Origin: Octopus vulgaris
Taxonomy: Eukaryota
Assembly (NCBI GenBank): GCA_951406725.2
Contig: OX597834.1
Span: 1,364,001-1,428,000, forward strand
Reading direction: 5' to 3'
Length of the DNA: 64,000 bases
Shown piece after piece: positions 27,213 through 42,073 of this stretch (position 1 is its first letter; each line of letters starts with the position of its first letter). The notes beneath the pieces are model-generated. The model did no database searches. It had not been told where the DNA came from and worked only from the letters and a program-made list of their open reading frames with translations. Position numbers and translations under genes: made by a program.

Positions 27213-30200
27213 TTATTATTATTATTTTTTTTTTTTTTTTTTTTTTTTTCCTTCTTTCTTCAAATTTTCTTCCGTTTCTCGCCGAGTGTTTTCCGTACAC
27301 CTAGGGCAGAGAAGCTTGTTGTATGCATTCCCAGATTACACACGCAAATTCACAGACAAAATATGTATTTAAAAATTAATAAATAAATAAATTCATGGAT
27401 GGATGTTGTTTTCACAGCGATAATGCTCTTCTCAGTACATGAGCCGTTCCAGATAATACGATTTTTTGCACTTCCTGTAGGGATGGTAAGCCTGGAATCA
27501 TTTTCAAATAGGTTTCAGTACCTTTCTTTATCATTCCTAGAGATCCTACAATCACTGGTACTATAGTCGCCTTGAGATGCCACATTTTTTTCAATTTCTA
27601 TTAGAAGGTCTTTATATTTACTAATCTTGTCAAATTCTTTCGCCGCTATATTGTGATCGCAAGGGATACTCATGTCAATTAATAAACACATCTTTTTTGT
27701 CTGATGTTTTATAATAATATCCGGTTTATTAGCTTTTATAGTCTTGTCGGTCTGCACGGGGAAGTCCCATAGAATCGACACATTTTCTCCCTCAGTCACA
27801 GCTTCAGGATGGTGTTTATACCATTTGTCAGCGGTTTTGATTTTATAATGCCGACATATTGTCCAATGTAAATACTGGCCGACTCTGTCATGTCTTGCTT
27901 TATATTCTGCAGGTGCTAAGACTCTACACCCTGAGATTAGGTGGTCTATTGTTTCAATCTCATCGTTACAGAATTAGCATTTTGGGTCAGCACCATTTTT
28001 TATCACATTGGCTTGGTAGTTCCAGGTTAATAAGCTTTGGTCTTGAGCAGCTAATATGAAACCCTCACTCTCTGCTTTTAGCCCTGAGCTTCGTAACCAT
28101 TGGTGCGTGTGTTTCTGGTCGACATCAGCTTGTTTGCTACGGGCCACACTTGCCATGGAGAGGTTTCTGTTTCCATCTGCTAGCTAAATTTTCATGTGCT
28201 TTTGTCTTTGCAATTAATTTTATTTTCTTTGCAGCTGCAGTTGGCGCATTTCCTTCAGCCTGATCAATCTGGTGGGTATCTAAGAGATCAGCAGCGAATT
28301 GTTTGCTCTTTTTAAGAATAGAGTGAAGTCTTTTCAGTCTTTCATGTTTTTCAACAAGTTTTAGCATCCAATCGTTGGTTGCTTCAAGGTATTTGACCAG
28401 TCCAATTGTGGTGGTTTTGTATATAAGCTCAAGCTGGATCAAACTTCGACCTCCCTGAGCTCTGGAAAGGTAAAGACGATCCACGTCTGCCTTTGGATGG
28501 TGCATCTTATTACAAGTCAGTAGCTTGCGGATTTTTCTGTCAATTTTCATTATTTCACTGGTATTCCAGTTAAGCACATTGAAGCTATAAAGAACAACTG
28601 GTACTGCTAAGGAATTTATGGCTAACACATTATATGCATTCAGCTCAGACTTCAGGACTGCTCGAACTCTTCTATAACATTCCTTCCTAACCTTCTCTTT
28701 CATGCTTGCATGCTGGATACCGGAGCCTTCATTTATTCCTAGGTATTTATAGGTTTCTTCCTGCTCAAGTTCCTTTATTACTGTTTCGACATCTATTTCG
28801 ATTGAACTAGACTTTACCAATTTCCCTTTCTTAAAAGTGGCTTTGGCACACTTTTCAAGGCCAAACTCCATCCCGATATCATCCCTGAATGTAATAATCC
28901 TTCAAGCTCTTCATCACCTTTGCCATATAGCTTTAAGTCATCGATATAGAATAGATGGCTTATTTTCCTGTTGTCAATTTTGTAGCCATATCCTGTTCTA
29001 TTCAGTTCACTTGAGAGTGGTATTAGTGCTATGCAGAAAATTAGCGGTGAAAGTGAGTCACCTTGGAAAATTCCACAGTTTATGCTAATGTTGTTTGCGC
29101 GCAATACTCCATTAGAATGATGTAATTGGAGCTTCGTGTTCCATAGTGACATATTATACTTTAAAAAATCTGAAATCACAGGTGAAATTTTGAAAATGTC
29201 CAGCGATTTCAGAATCCACGAATGCGGTATGCTGTCAAAGGCTTTTTTATAATCAATCCATGAAGAGCTGAGATTTCTGCGCTTGTTATGGCAGTTCTCA
29301 AGGATCAATCGATTAATTAGGAGCTGATCTTTGCATCCGTATGAGCCTCGTCTGCATCCTTTTTGGTTCAGTGGGAAAGAGGTTATTCTCTTCCATAAAC
29401 GTATATGTTTTCTCTACTAGAATAGATGTCAAAATCTTATAGGTAGTAGATAAACATGTTATAGGCCGGTAGTTTTTTGGTTCTTTCGTTTTGTTATTTT
29501 TGCCATCCAATGGCGTTTTTTTCGGGTCTTTCATAATACTATTAAATAGTATTACTAACATTTTGTGTGCGGACGAGAGTGATGAGAGCCAGAATTTTGG
29601 TACTCTATCAATACCAGGGGATTTCCACTTACGAGCCTTTGTTAGTGCTCTCCTTAGGTCGGCGATTGAGATGTCTTCCCATACCTGTTCTTGTAGATTT
29701 TTGTAGTCATCTTGGGTGCGTTTGATCCACTCTGCATTTTCATTGTATGGTTTCTCATCACTCCAGATCCCCTTCCAAAAGTTTTCAACTTCTTCCATTA
29801 GGGGTGGATTTTCAATGGTTATTTTTTCTTTCCCTATTTCCCTGTAAAATGATTTGGCATCGGATTTGAACATCTTATTTTGTTTGTAGAATTTGATTCT
29901 TTTCTCAAATCTGCGTATTCTCTGAGCTTTTACTGGAACTTTTTGTTTAAGTGTTTCTTTCGCTGACATTAGTTCTTCTCTTGTTGAGTGTCCATATTTT
30001 CTCACAATCTTCCTGCCTTTTCTTGATCTTACATCATTTCCAGAGGTTAGCTCAGTTAATATTGATATCTCCCTTCGCAATGATTCAATTTCAGTTTCAA
30101 TTCTACTCCTCCAGTTTGATTTTCTTTTCGAATTTGGTATTGTTGGCTTTTTGGGTGTTAAACAGCGTCTTTCGATTACCTTAGCGACAGAGTAAATAAT

Positions 30201-30596
30201 TTCATTTAATTTATTAAGATCGGGTTTTAGTTGTTGTATGATTTCCTGTGTTACGCAGTTGCCAATTTTTATTTGTGTTTTATGTTGGTGTGCATTTGAG
30301 AGTTTATGGAGTGGCTCCCTATCATTCATAGTTGTGTGGCCTACAACTGCAAGCTCATTCAGAACTTCTTGCTTCATTTCAATGATAGATTTTCTGTGTT
30401 GTTCAACAAACATGTGGTCTTCAAATTCTGTTTCGACATCATTTTCCGGGTTGTTTTTTCTAGGGTCATTATATTTTCCTTTTTCTTCAAGATCTTGAGT
30501 CGTTTCGGCAGACGATCGCCTTTCAGTCAATGCTTGTGGCCCAACATTCTTCTCCTCAGCTTCGTTATTTCTTTCCTGACTTACATTTAGGTCTAT
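27213..30596 (-). mobile_element. R4/Dong element (family A relative), 5'-truncated, frameshifted
   Basis: Fragments 29313-30599, 28814-29308, 28137-28871, 27974-28156, 27515-27799 and 27412-27594 are collinear with 8392-12310; poly(A) plus (TAA)n tail at 27213-27249. Confidence 0.92.
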
Positions 30597-30702
30597 CATT
30601 ATTTACTTTTAATCTGCATGTTTGTTACAATCACTTGACGAGACACATCCAACGTCCTGGGGGCAAATGAAGGATAAGAGTTGTTACAGTATGACTGAAA
30701 GC
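30597..30702 (-). mobile_element. 3'-UTR-only stub of Dong family C
   Basis: Reverse complement matches 6585-6685 (CTCTTATCCTTC...CAAGT.ATTGT.ACAAACATGCAGATTAAAAGTAAA). Confidence 0.8.
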
Positions 30703-30718
30703 TTATATATATATATAA

Positions 30719-30787
<69 letters not shown>

Positions 30788-32257
30788 TGTGTGTGTGTGT
30801 TTGTCTATTTGTATGTATGTATGTATGTATGTATGTATGTATGTATGTATGTATGTATGTATGTATGCATGTATATAGATTCAGATGAATATGGTACTTT
30901 AGTTGAGGCACCAGAATTTAGTACGGTATTATCATTACAATTTCAAAATAGGGTGATTAAAATCAAAATAGACAACAAGGATATCCAGACGTAATACAGT
31001 ACGGTCGTTTCATGCAAGTTCATTTAAGTGAACAATGCAATTATTGATATAATGAAATGATTGCATTGTTCAATTAAATGGAGTCGCATGAAACGATCGT
31101 ACTGCATTACGTCTGGATATCCTTGTTGATTATTTTGATATATATGTATGTATGCATGTATAATTTTTTTTCCGTGAACGGATCTGATTTTTGATTCGTT
31201 CACCGGATTCCTAAAAACGCTATTCCACGCGAAAGTCCCTGCACACGACCGAAAAAGAATCATAGAAACTATAAACAAAACCCTTCCTTTACCATCTTCG
31301 TTTCTCTCTTGTTTTTCTCCCTCTTAACCCAGTATGGCCGAAACTTTGATGAGCCACAATTCTTATCGATCTTCTAACACTATTGAATTTTGTGCAAGAT
31401 GATCCACATTTATTATATTATTGAATGTTATGAACATTGAAATCATATTTGATACTATTGAAACTTGTAAATATTGAATCTTTTAAACATGTTTTTCTAA
31501 TTCATAATTTTAATTTTTTACCATTGATAAACAAAAACTATTGTTGAAATTAGTTTGGTATGTATGTAAAAAAAACTATCTAAAAACAATTACAAGTTCT
31601 TCAACAACAAATTTTCCTATATTTTTTCGTTGAAATATACCAACTCTTTTGTTATAAAAAAAATATATATATATATATATATATATATAGTAAAGACAGT
31701 CGCCACATCAAAGTGGCTGTTGAATGTTACTATTAGTTTAATTCCAGGCAGATTCCCTGCCGGGTGGCTGTCGGCGCGACTCTGCACACTTTACACACAA
31801 TAAATTGCTAGCAGGGGGAGCGAAGCCCCTACCACCCTGTAGCAGGTAACAGGATCGTAAGACTGACTCAGTTTCGAGCTATCAGGCCCGTCCTCAGTCG
31901 CCAGCAACAGCAAGCCAGAGCGATAGCCAGAGTCCTCTAACACTAACAATATTTCGCGAATAGATAGACAGATGGGCGGAGAGCCAGACAAACAGACATG
32001 CAGGTAGACAGACAGACTGCCGCCATCTCTTATTTTTCCCATACCGATATGACAATTTTTAGACAGTAGAGTTTCAAAAGAGAGAGACTTGGCTGCTATT
32101 TCTAACATGACCAGTCACAGTAGAAAGACTTTATCACTTTGTTTATTGGTTTAGGATTAGCAGTAAATGAAGACCAAGACTGAAATTTGTGATCGATGAC
32201 ATTCTAATCAGATAATCTATAAAACTGCAAAGAACCGCAGAATCCCGTGGAGTAAGA

Positions 32258-32346
32258 ACAATTGGTGAGCAGAGGGGCGGAAGTGATGTCATCAAATATG
32301 GCGGAACAAATTAGTTCTCGACAGAATTTCGTCGTAGTTGGTGAGT
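32258..32346 (+). promoter_or_regulatory. Candidate promoter or first exon: CCAAT(rev), GC box, ETS, CRE-like, YY1, then 5' splice site
   Basis: ATTGG 32261, GGGGCGG 32274, CGGAAGTG, TGATGTCA, AATATGGCGG (ATG 32298), G|GTGAGT at 32341. Confidence 0.4.
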
Positions 32347-32580
32347 TTGGTCACGCTTTGGTAGCGTGTGCCAACAGCTGCAGCTTTAGAAATGTCTCTC
32401 TAACAATGACGACCAATTTAACATTATTCAGCCATAGCAACAGAGGATGCGCTGCCTAATTATGGCCGCAACATCAATTTATCAACGGGACTCAACGATG
32501 CAAGACTTCACAATTCATTAAATCTCGGTTCGTTTTCACTCCTCTTTGATTACCTCTACTAAAAGCAGACAACATGCATA

Positions 32581-32652
<72 letters not shown>

Positions 32653-32768
32653 GAAATGAGGTAATCAGAAGATCGGATGGTTTGTATTTACAGATATTTA
32701 TTTATATATTACATATATATATATATATATATACATACCTACATATAATAAATACGTACACATGTACG

Positions 32769-32802
<34 letters not shown>

Positions 32803-33133
32803 CATACACACACATAGACATATACAAATATGTATATGTGTGTATGCATGTATGTATATAATAATACTTTACAAGTAATTTAACAAAAAAGTAGCAAGTA
32901 CGCAATACTTGCGGATGTGTGAAGAAATACATCTCTTGATTAATAAATGGTAGTTATAGTTCGGTGCTAATCCATGAAATAAATTCCATAACGATGAAGC
33001 TAATCACCAGACCATGACTGGTGTAGAATCCTGCTTTTATTACACTTTTTTTATCATTGCTTCCTTCACGCATCCAACTTATCGATCGTTGGCTTACTCT
33101 ATTCATACATGCATATATGCATATATACACATA

Positions 33134-33180
<47 letters not shown>

Positions 33181-34084
33181 TTATATATATATGGATATGT
33201 ATATTTATGCATAAACAAACAGACACACAGTACACACACGCATACACTCATCCTGGGTGTATGCCTTGGGTATGACGTTATACTGCAATTGGTGGCGACA
33301 CTCTAGATTTGAAGTTGTGGGGAAACATGGATCCACCTCTTAATTACCAATAGTCTCAGGTCCTTTCTGGCCCGGATCGATATTTCCTCTCAGGGTCCTA
33401 TCGATGTATTAAGTCGATTTCCTCGGGATACAAGAGATTGCCGTTATTTTTGGCAAAGTTGTGGGGAAGGCAGTTCTTCTAGGAGAAAGATACTCTGTTA
33501 ATAAGTTGTGCAGGCAAAAGTAGTACCAGTCATCTTCCCCGTCACTGAAACTTACTCTGGCGACCGAGAGAGTGGCAAGTGTGTTGAGCTAGTTTATGTC
33601 ACTTTATTTCAATGACGTCGCTTCATATCTTGATCCGTTTCGTACTTAATCAAGCCTTATGATGCAAAGATGAAATTAAATAAGAAAAGCCAGGCTGAAT
33701 GCGACAAGGTGAAGCAATCCTCTTCATACTTATACATATATGTATGCTTGTGTGTGCTGTTGTTGTTGTTGTTGTCGTTTTGGTTGCTGTAAGTCCGACC
33801 TGGGTTACTAGTCGTAGACACCTGGATAGGCTGGGGCGATTTCACTAACAACCTCCGCCGTACATTGGGTCTCTGATTAGAAATGTATGCAAAAAAGAGT
33901 GATGTCGAAATCTTTGACCACAGTTAGTCTCCCAGTATAAAACCTTCAGCTGTTCAGCACCGATTATGATGGAATGGCCAGGATGGAAACGACTGGAATC
34001 TTATGCGATGTCTGTCCTTTGTATTAGGCTGTTTATGTCGTATTTGAAAGGTAACAATAAAATGTTTCAGAAGCGTTAGAGAAC

Positions 34085-34500
34085 TGATTTATTTAATCAA
34101 ATATGATCCATGTTCATTTATGACGTTTACCCAACGTCTCTCTATGTCATATATTCCATCTTTATAAAACAATTCATCTTTTGCTGTGATAAACCGTCCG
34201 AATGCTTCAATTACCTCTTCTCAATTTAAGAATGTTTTATTGATTATGAAAAGCTCAAATTACTTAAATAAGGGATGATTAGTAGGAGAGATATCAGGGG
34301 AATAGGGAGGATGTTGCAAAATCTCATAATTCAGGTTTTGCAACTTTTGGACCGTAGCTTGAGAAATGTGAGGATGTGCATTGCCGTGGAGCAAAATTGG
34401 GCCATCTCTATTCACTAGTCTGGTTTGCTTCTTTTTCAAATTTGCATGCATACAATCAATTTCCTGGCAATATGATGTTGTTATTATCGTCAAACGATGG
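34085..34500 (-). mobile_element. Mariner transposase C-terminal remnant
   Basis: ILLHGNAHPH...EILQHPPYSPDISPTN (HDNARPH and YSPDLAPSD motifs). Confidence 0.85.
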
Positions 34501-35269
34501 CATCACTTTGTATTGGACAGGCTGTATGTGTGTGTCTAGGCTGATTTTTTGTTAAATTTATGCAAATTACCGATGCCACAAATATGTTCTGTTGTTTTGT
34601 ATGTTGAAATGTCTATTCTGCTGTAGATAGTTATGGCAAACTGTGCTGTATCAAGTTCGTAGAATACTTGATTTTTGAGATTATCTCTCTTACTCATTTT
34701 GGGGTTAATCCCAATTGTCACCAAGGGATTGTTCTACCCTCACTGGAAGCGGAGATTATTTCAATGAATTAAGTGTTTATATTGTATGATGTTTAATATA
34801 TGACGTTTGATTCGAGAAACTGATAGTGGGAAAGATTAGAAAGTCCCCCAAGACAGACTTCTTGAATGCATTGCTCCATCACGGGCGCAGACTAATGCTT
34901 GAAATTCGTAAAACAACCAAGGAATGTACAAAATAAGAGAGGAAGAGAGACATGAGAAATATGACGATGGTGGGGAGGAGGAAGAGGAGGAGAATGATCA
35001 TTATGATGACGAAGATGATGATGATGATGGTGATGATGATGATATTGATGATGATGATGATGATGATGATATTGATGATGATGATGAGAAAGCAGTGTGA
35101 GGCACCGCACTAAGTTAATATCTTTTCATGGTGCTCTGCTGCTTCCACCATTTTCTTCAGGTCTGTGAATGAAGCTAATAAATTGTGTGAGAGAAATTCA
35201 ATTGGTCGTAATGATGTCTTTGTCTAACACAAGAATTACAACAACAACAACAACAATACACAATCATAT

Positions 35270-35366
35270 ATACATATCAATGTATACACACACACACACA
35301 CACACACATAGGTACACATATACATACATGCATATTAAAAAATATGGATACGTATCGGTATGTGTA

Positions 35367-35400
<34 letters not shown>

Positions 35401-35530
35401 CACACACATGGGTGTGTATGTATTTATATCTTTATGTAGGCATTCATACGTATGTATATACACATGCGTGTATACATACATATATATATATGTATACACA
35501 TATATATATGTATACATATATATATATATA

Positions 35531-35561
<31 letters not shown>

Positions 35562-35958
35562 ATGTATGTATGTATGTATGTATGTATGTATGTATGTATG
35601 ATTGTACGTATGTATGTATGTAAAATAGATATTTATATGACATACGCATTTATCCCTACATGTGCGAGTGTATATGTATGTGCACACGCACACAGACACA
35701 CACAGACCGGTTACTTGAGTGTGTTGTTACAAAAATGGAAACGTTAGCATGACAAAGAGTCGAGTGAATGGGTATTGCAGCAAAGGAAAGGAGCGGGGTG
35801 GGCACAACAGATAAGGTTGTTTTGTTTTATTAGTTGGGGAGTGTTAAGGAGGAGAAGTTGTCGGGAGGGGATCGTTGAAAAATTCTCCAATGAATTATAA
35901 GAAAAAACATTTATTCTAACCCCTCCCCACACTCCCACATATATATATATATATATAT

Positions 35959-36019
<61 letters not shown>

Positions 36020-36020
36020 C

Positions 36021-36072
<52 letters not shown>

Positions 36073-36089
36073 ATATATATTTATATATC

Positions 36090-36121
<32 letters not shown>

Positions 36122-36720
36122 TACATAGATATATGTATGTATATACATAAATGTATCTGTATATACATACATACATGCATATGCATATATATATACATAT
36201 ATATACATATATATGTATATATGTATATTTATATATCTATATATATATACGTATATATATATATATAAGTATATATACATACATATATATATATAATTTT
36301 GTCTGTATAAGTTGTAATTACCTTACCAAATAATTGCTTTTTTGTGTGTGTATGTAAATTTATGCGTATCATATATACATTTATATATACACATGTATGT
36401 GTGCAAATATGTATGCATACATGCATGTATCGATAGACGAACAGTCAGACAGGCATCCAGACAGACAGACACATAGAGAAAGAGAGATGTTCGTTTGGTT
36501 TGTTCAGAAGTTCATTGTGGCAGGTTTGCATATCTGGTATTTAAAATTTTCCATTTACGTTTATGCCCACATTTATAAAACTAGACGGCACACACACACA
36601 CACACACACACACACGCGCAAACACACTTGCACACACACACATATATGGTTGTAAGTACATATTTACCAGCTTGTATATAAAATTAAATATATATATACC
36701 GATATGTATATATATGCAAG

Positions 36721-36754
<34 letters not shown>

Positions 36755-36832
36755 CTTTGCATGTGTGTGTACACGTTACACACACATACATGCATGCATA
36801 CAATCATACATACATGCATGCATACATAAAAG

Positions 36833-36863
<31 letters not shown>

Positions 36864-36920
36864 GTATTTTGTATGTATGTGTGTGAATATCTGTCTTGAA
36901 TATATCTATATTTACTTATA
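35270..36920. repeat. Extended TA/CA/TATG microsatellite field
   Basis: Directly visible. Confidence 0.9.
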
Positions 36921-37685
36921 CCCACACACATATGTACCTATACACATCATTGTACCCCGTAGCAACAACATAAGTATCTATGCACCCTCCTCCTCCCCCC
37001 ACCGCTCACTTCTTACCGCCAGCACCGCCATCCCGTCTCACCACTACCACCTCCACCCCCACACCTTACCATCCACCAACTTATCCATATTGTTCTTGTC
37101 GTGCGTTTGGTACTCATGCAATTCAAAAAATCGATCTTGCTCTTGCCTTGTTTTGCCAAACTTATTCCACTCTACTCTCCAGGTTGACATTTCGAATCAA
37201 TTATAGTAAATTATTTAAAAATTTTCACTCAATTGGAAATCAATTAAAAACATTTGAACAGATCTAGGTTGGTGGAAACTAGTTTTATGTACCGTCTCAC
37301 TAGAAATAGATCTCTAACAGGACAGAAAACACACAATTGATTAACTTTAACGTAAATAAACCATTGCGTTTTTGGTTAGCATTCTACAAATTTGCGATTG
37401 TGTTGCCAATGTTTTGCGTCTGTTATTAGGTCCCTTTCAGTTTTAATACAACAGAGAGCTACCTTTGCTCCGTCTTACATAATCTGTACCTTGTAACATA
37501 GAACCACCATAGACCCTCTTTCATAGTCTATAATTAATTTTACAGTGTTACCGAAGCGCCCTCTTCCGTAGTCTATACCAAGTAATACACGGCCCACAAT
37601 AATTCCCTCTTAGATAATCTGTGACTTAGCATGGCCACAGCCTTAGGGCTGAAGTATATAAAAGAATAAAACAATATACATAGGT

Positions 37686-37767
<82 letters not shown>

Positions 37768-37799
37768 GTGTGTGTGTGTATACACATGCAATATAAGTG

Positions 37800-38148
37800 T
37801 ATTTTTCTTTACGTTTACTTCAGTTCGTGAGTTCAAGCTGATCGCTAACAAAGTGACAAGACTCTTTGAGTTAAGAGCGTTCTCGGTGTTTGTAAGTATT
37901 TGGTTGAGTTGTCGATTGCATGCTCCCGAGAATTTTCGGAATGTCTTACAGAGCTTCACTGCACCACTAACAGATTGGATCCGGTGAGTCCACGTCACCT
38001 CATTTTGCTCTTTCTTTGGAAAAATCTTAGCACTTTTATGTTTTTGCTTAAATCTGTCGGTACATAACTTGATGCACCCACGATGCTAGGTAGAAATGAG
38101 AATTCATAGTCAGAGTACAAAAGCTGTAAGTTCTTCATTAATTCATCT
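37800..38148 (-). mobile_element. 3' fragment of Dong-like family D
   Basis: ELMKNLQLLYSDYEFSFLPSIVGA and IQSVSGAVKLCKTFRKF match the C-terminus at ~18790-18830; abuts (CA)n/(TACC)n. Confidence 0.72.
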
Positions 38149-38988
38149 GTATGTATGTATGTAGGTAAGGAGGTTGGTAGGTAGGTAGGTAGGTAGGTAG
38201 GTAGGTAGGTAGGTAGGTAGGTAGGTAGGTAGGTAGGTAGGTAGGTAGGTAGGTAGGTAGGTAGGTAGGCAGGCATATAAACACTACTAAAAATAACGGA
38301 CAGTTTTTCCCTAAAGCAGACCCTCCCTAGAATCTGGAAAAAATTTCGACTCATTCGACAATGTCTTCCCGGATGTAACAAGAAATCGCTGGATGTTGAC
38401 AATGACAATGTAACCGTGCTGATCACAGGTGGAACAGAGCTGGCCTACGGTTAAACAGCAACAACAACTCTAACAACAACATTCATTGAAGATCTTTAAC
38501 TGGTTCAGTGACATTATATAACGGTAATCAAACTGGATAATTGCTGATTTGTGTCCAAACAGAAGATTAATCATAAACATGAAGCCATCTTTTCCTTCGT
38601 CTAATCGTTATCTCCAACACCAAACAGAAATCTATTGATACACTAAGTGGAAAGCCATTATAATTTTGTGAGTTACAACTATTTTATCAAATAATTTCAT
38701 TAGGAGGCTGGTTGCACAGATCAAATAGCGAAAATAGATTTTTCATTTTCTAAAATGGCCGAATAGGTTTGATATAATGACGCCATTGCCTGCAGATCTA
38801 ATCTGTGTGTCATCGTTGTTTAAAGTCTTCTCTTAACGATTGCATACACACACGTATATCCTGGTGTAATCTCACGTAATATAAATATACATGCATCCAT
38901 GTGCATATATATATATACGTGCGTGAGGATGTGTGTGCGCGTGTGAGTGCGTGTAATTATATATATACATATATATATATATACATTC

Positions 38989-39022
<34 letters not shown>

Positions 39023-39073
39023 TGAGGAATGTAGTTATATATAATGTTTTATATGTACATATATATACATATA

Positions 39074-39142
<69 letters not shown>

Positions 39143-39469
39143 TATTATATTATATCATATTATATTATATATAATCCAGAGAGCGAAAGAGGACGGAAAC
39201 GAGATTGTGTTTATTTGAAAGAATATAAATGCTCAAAAGTTGAATTAAGGGATTCATACTTTCGGCGTGCGCGCGAGGGTGTGTGTGTGTGTTGATGCAA
39301 ATACTGTAGATTATTGTGAATTCATCTACACAAACCGAAAGCTATGATTCCTTACAAGGTTGCCTTGCCTTCGGATGATTTGACCTCTTTTGTTTTCAGG
39401 CCCTTATATGTGTGTGTGTGCGTGTGTGTGTGTACGTATGGATATATGTATATACAGACATACAGAAAG

Positions 39470-39481
39470 ACAGATAGATAG

Positions 39482-39535
<54 letters not shown>

Positions 39536-39536
39536 G

Positions 39537-39625
<89 letters not shown>
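39470..39625. repeat. (GATA)n tetranucleotide array
   Basis: Directly visible; similar arrays at 53355-53518, 58250-58572 and 63820-63920. Confidence 0.95.
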
Positions 39626-41505
39626 GTGAGTAAGCTTATTTATTTATTTAAGCATTTGCAGACGACAGCCGGCCATCCTATTTCGGCTATGGTCATCAAC
39701 AATGGCGGGATGGCTTGTAAGATTTGCATTCTGGTTAAATAATTGTTGGTTAATTAATGTTGATCATTATCACCATAAAATATGAAAGCAACAATCGGCT
39801 GTGAAAAGTTGTCTCCTTATTTCTAACATATTCCTCTTATTGCGACATTCCTCTATCTTAGAGGTTATTTAATGGATACATTAAACAACGTCTAAGACAG
39901 AAATGGACCACACACACACACACACACACACTCGAACACGCATACTTCTACATACATACACGCAGATATATACGTGTGTGCGTATGTGTGTGTGTTTAGT
40001 TAAATAAGATTCGGGTAGAAAAAACCTTGTGGTATGCTATGTAAAGCTTGTCCACAGTTATTGGTTACCAGATGTCACCATACAGTGGAAATCTTGTTAC
40101 TTGATATACATCAGAAATTCTATAGTATCTGTAGAATGTAAATAATTAGATAAATAATAAAACTGGATTAAACGACATTCATTATTGACATTGGTGCGGT
40201 GATATAATTAGCATAATGTGTAATCACTATCACCCATCAAAGGTATAAAATGAGTTTCTTCGGATGATTATTTTAAACCGAGTCCTTCACAAGGTTTTAC
40301 TGTTCTTTCACTCTGTATGAGAATGAATACCGAAAGCAGGGTGCTGTTGCTGGCGGAAGCTAAGCCCACTGACAAACCACAAATATCATCAGAAAGCAAG
40401 AAATAAACACAACAAAAGGAAATGTCAAGCTAACTATGAACTGTAATTCTATCTCGATGGTCAGATTATGAGGAAGAGAAAGCAGCGAAGAATAAAGGAT
40501 AAAGTTGGGTTGTTCTGAGATAATAATGTGATAAGATGTTGAAAACCGACCGTTTTCTGTTAGAACGAAACATCTGGATTCGTTCTGCAATAGAATCCGC
40601 TTTAATATATGAATTACAGAGAGTGAAATAAGAGTAGGATCGAGCGAAAGAATCACCATTGATGAAGGGTAGGTATTCCACAGTATGTTAATTATATCAG
40701 CTCAACAATATAATACGGGTGCAACGATGTATAGAAACGATTGTGATCGTCTTAAATAATCCATTTTCTGTCATTTATCTATATTATATATATAGAGAGA
40801 GAGGGGGAGGAGTTTATTCCTGCGCAGAAAAAACATAGAAATTGGGGGGGGGCATGTAACTGAATCACAAAATATGTCGTTTTTAAATTTTGTAATAGAT
40901 TTATTGAAATACCAAACCGCTTTAGACAATTCTTTCCTTATCAATGGAACAAACAAAATAAATAAAGGGTTTAGAACATTTTAAAGTTACAAGGTAAAAA
41001 TCAGATAAATCCGTTTAAACGATCAAATGGTCAAATGTTCGGTGAAGATCATAACAAATCCACATTATTGACAGTCTGTCATATTGAGTTTTTTTTATAT
41101 AAAAATGGTGAGGAGAAAGAGAATAAGATGGCGAGAAAGAAAAAATGTTTTATGATAATTTCTGTCGTGGTGAGTGTAGTTCTTTTCTCAATTTTAGTCG
41201 AAGTGCACGGATCTTTTCCCCTTCTTCGCGTGTTTGAGTTCGAAAGGTTTATGATCTTCACCGAACGTTTACACTGATATTACTATTTACCCCTGTCGAT
41301 AAAATGTCTGTGAACATTTGAATATTTGATGATTTAGACTTAAACTCTCCTAAAAGCTTTCTTTTTATTTATTTGCATCAGTGAAAAGCAAAAAATTGTC
41401 GAAACCGGTTTGGTATTTCAATAAATTTATTACATTTAAAAGCGACTAATCGTTTTGAGATTCAGATACATTCAGGTACATTTTCAAACCCCAAAACGAA
41501 TTCTC

Positions 41506-41536
<31 letters not shown>

Positions 41537-41969
41537 TGTATGTATGTATGTATGTATGTATGTATGTATGTATGCATGTATGTATGTATGTATGTATGTA
41601 TGTATGTATGTATGTATGTATGTATGTATGTATGTATGTATGCAAGTATGTATGTGTATAAGTAGAGTTTCAGGGACACTGCCAAACTTTAATGTGTACC
41701 AATAAACTTTACTCTACATCAGAGTATTGAGTGTTCCTTCAATTACCATTGACTGTTTTATGTGTAGTTGTAAATATTAAAGATTATACATTTATCTATG
41801 TATCTATATATATTTCATAAAATATATATATTTGTTTATTTATATGTTTATTTTATTTATTTATTTATATGATATATATATATATATGCATCAGTTTATG
41901 AGTGTTTATAATATTTACATACGTATGCATGTATGCGTATATACTATATAAACATACATATACACATAC

Positions 41970-42007
<38 letters not shown>

Positions 42008-42012
42008 GATAC

Positions 42013-42073
<61 letters not shown>

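Noticed and set aside
40360-40681. Non-repetitive 99-aa and 71-aa ORFs
   Set aside because: No recognisable domain; lengths compatible with chance
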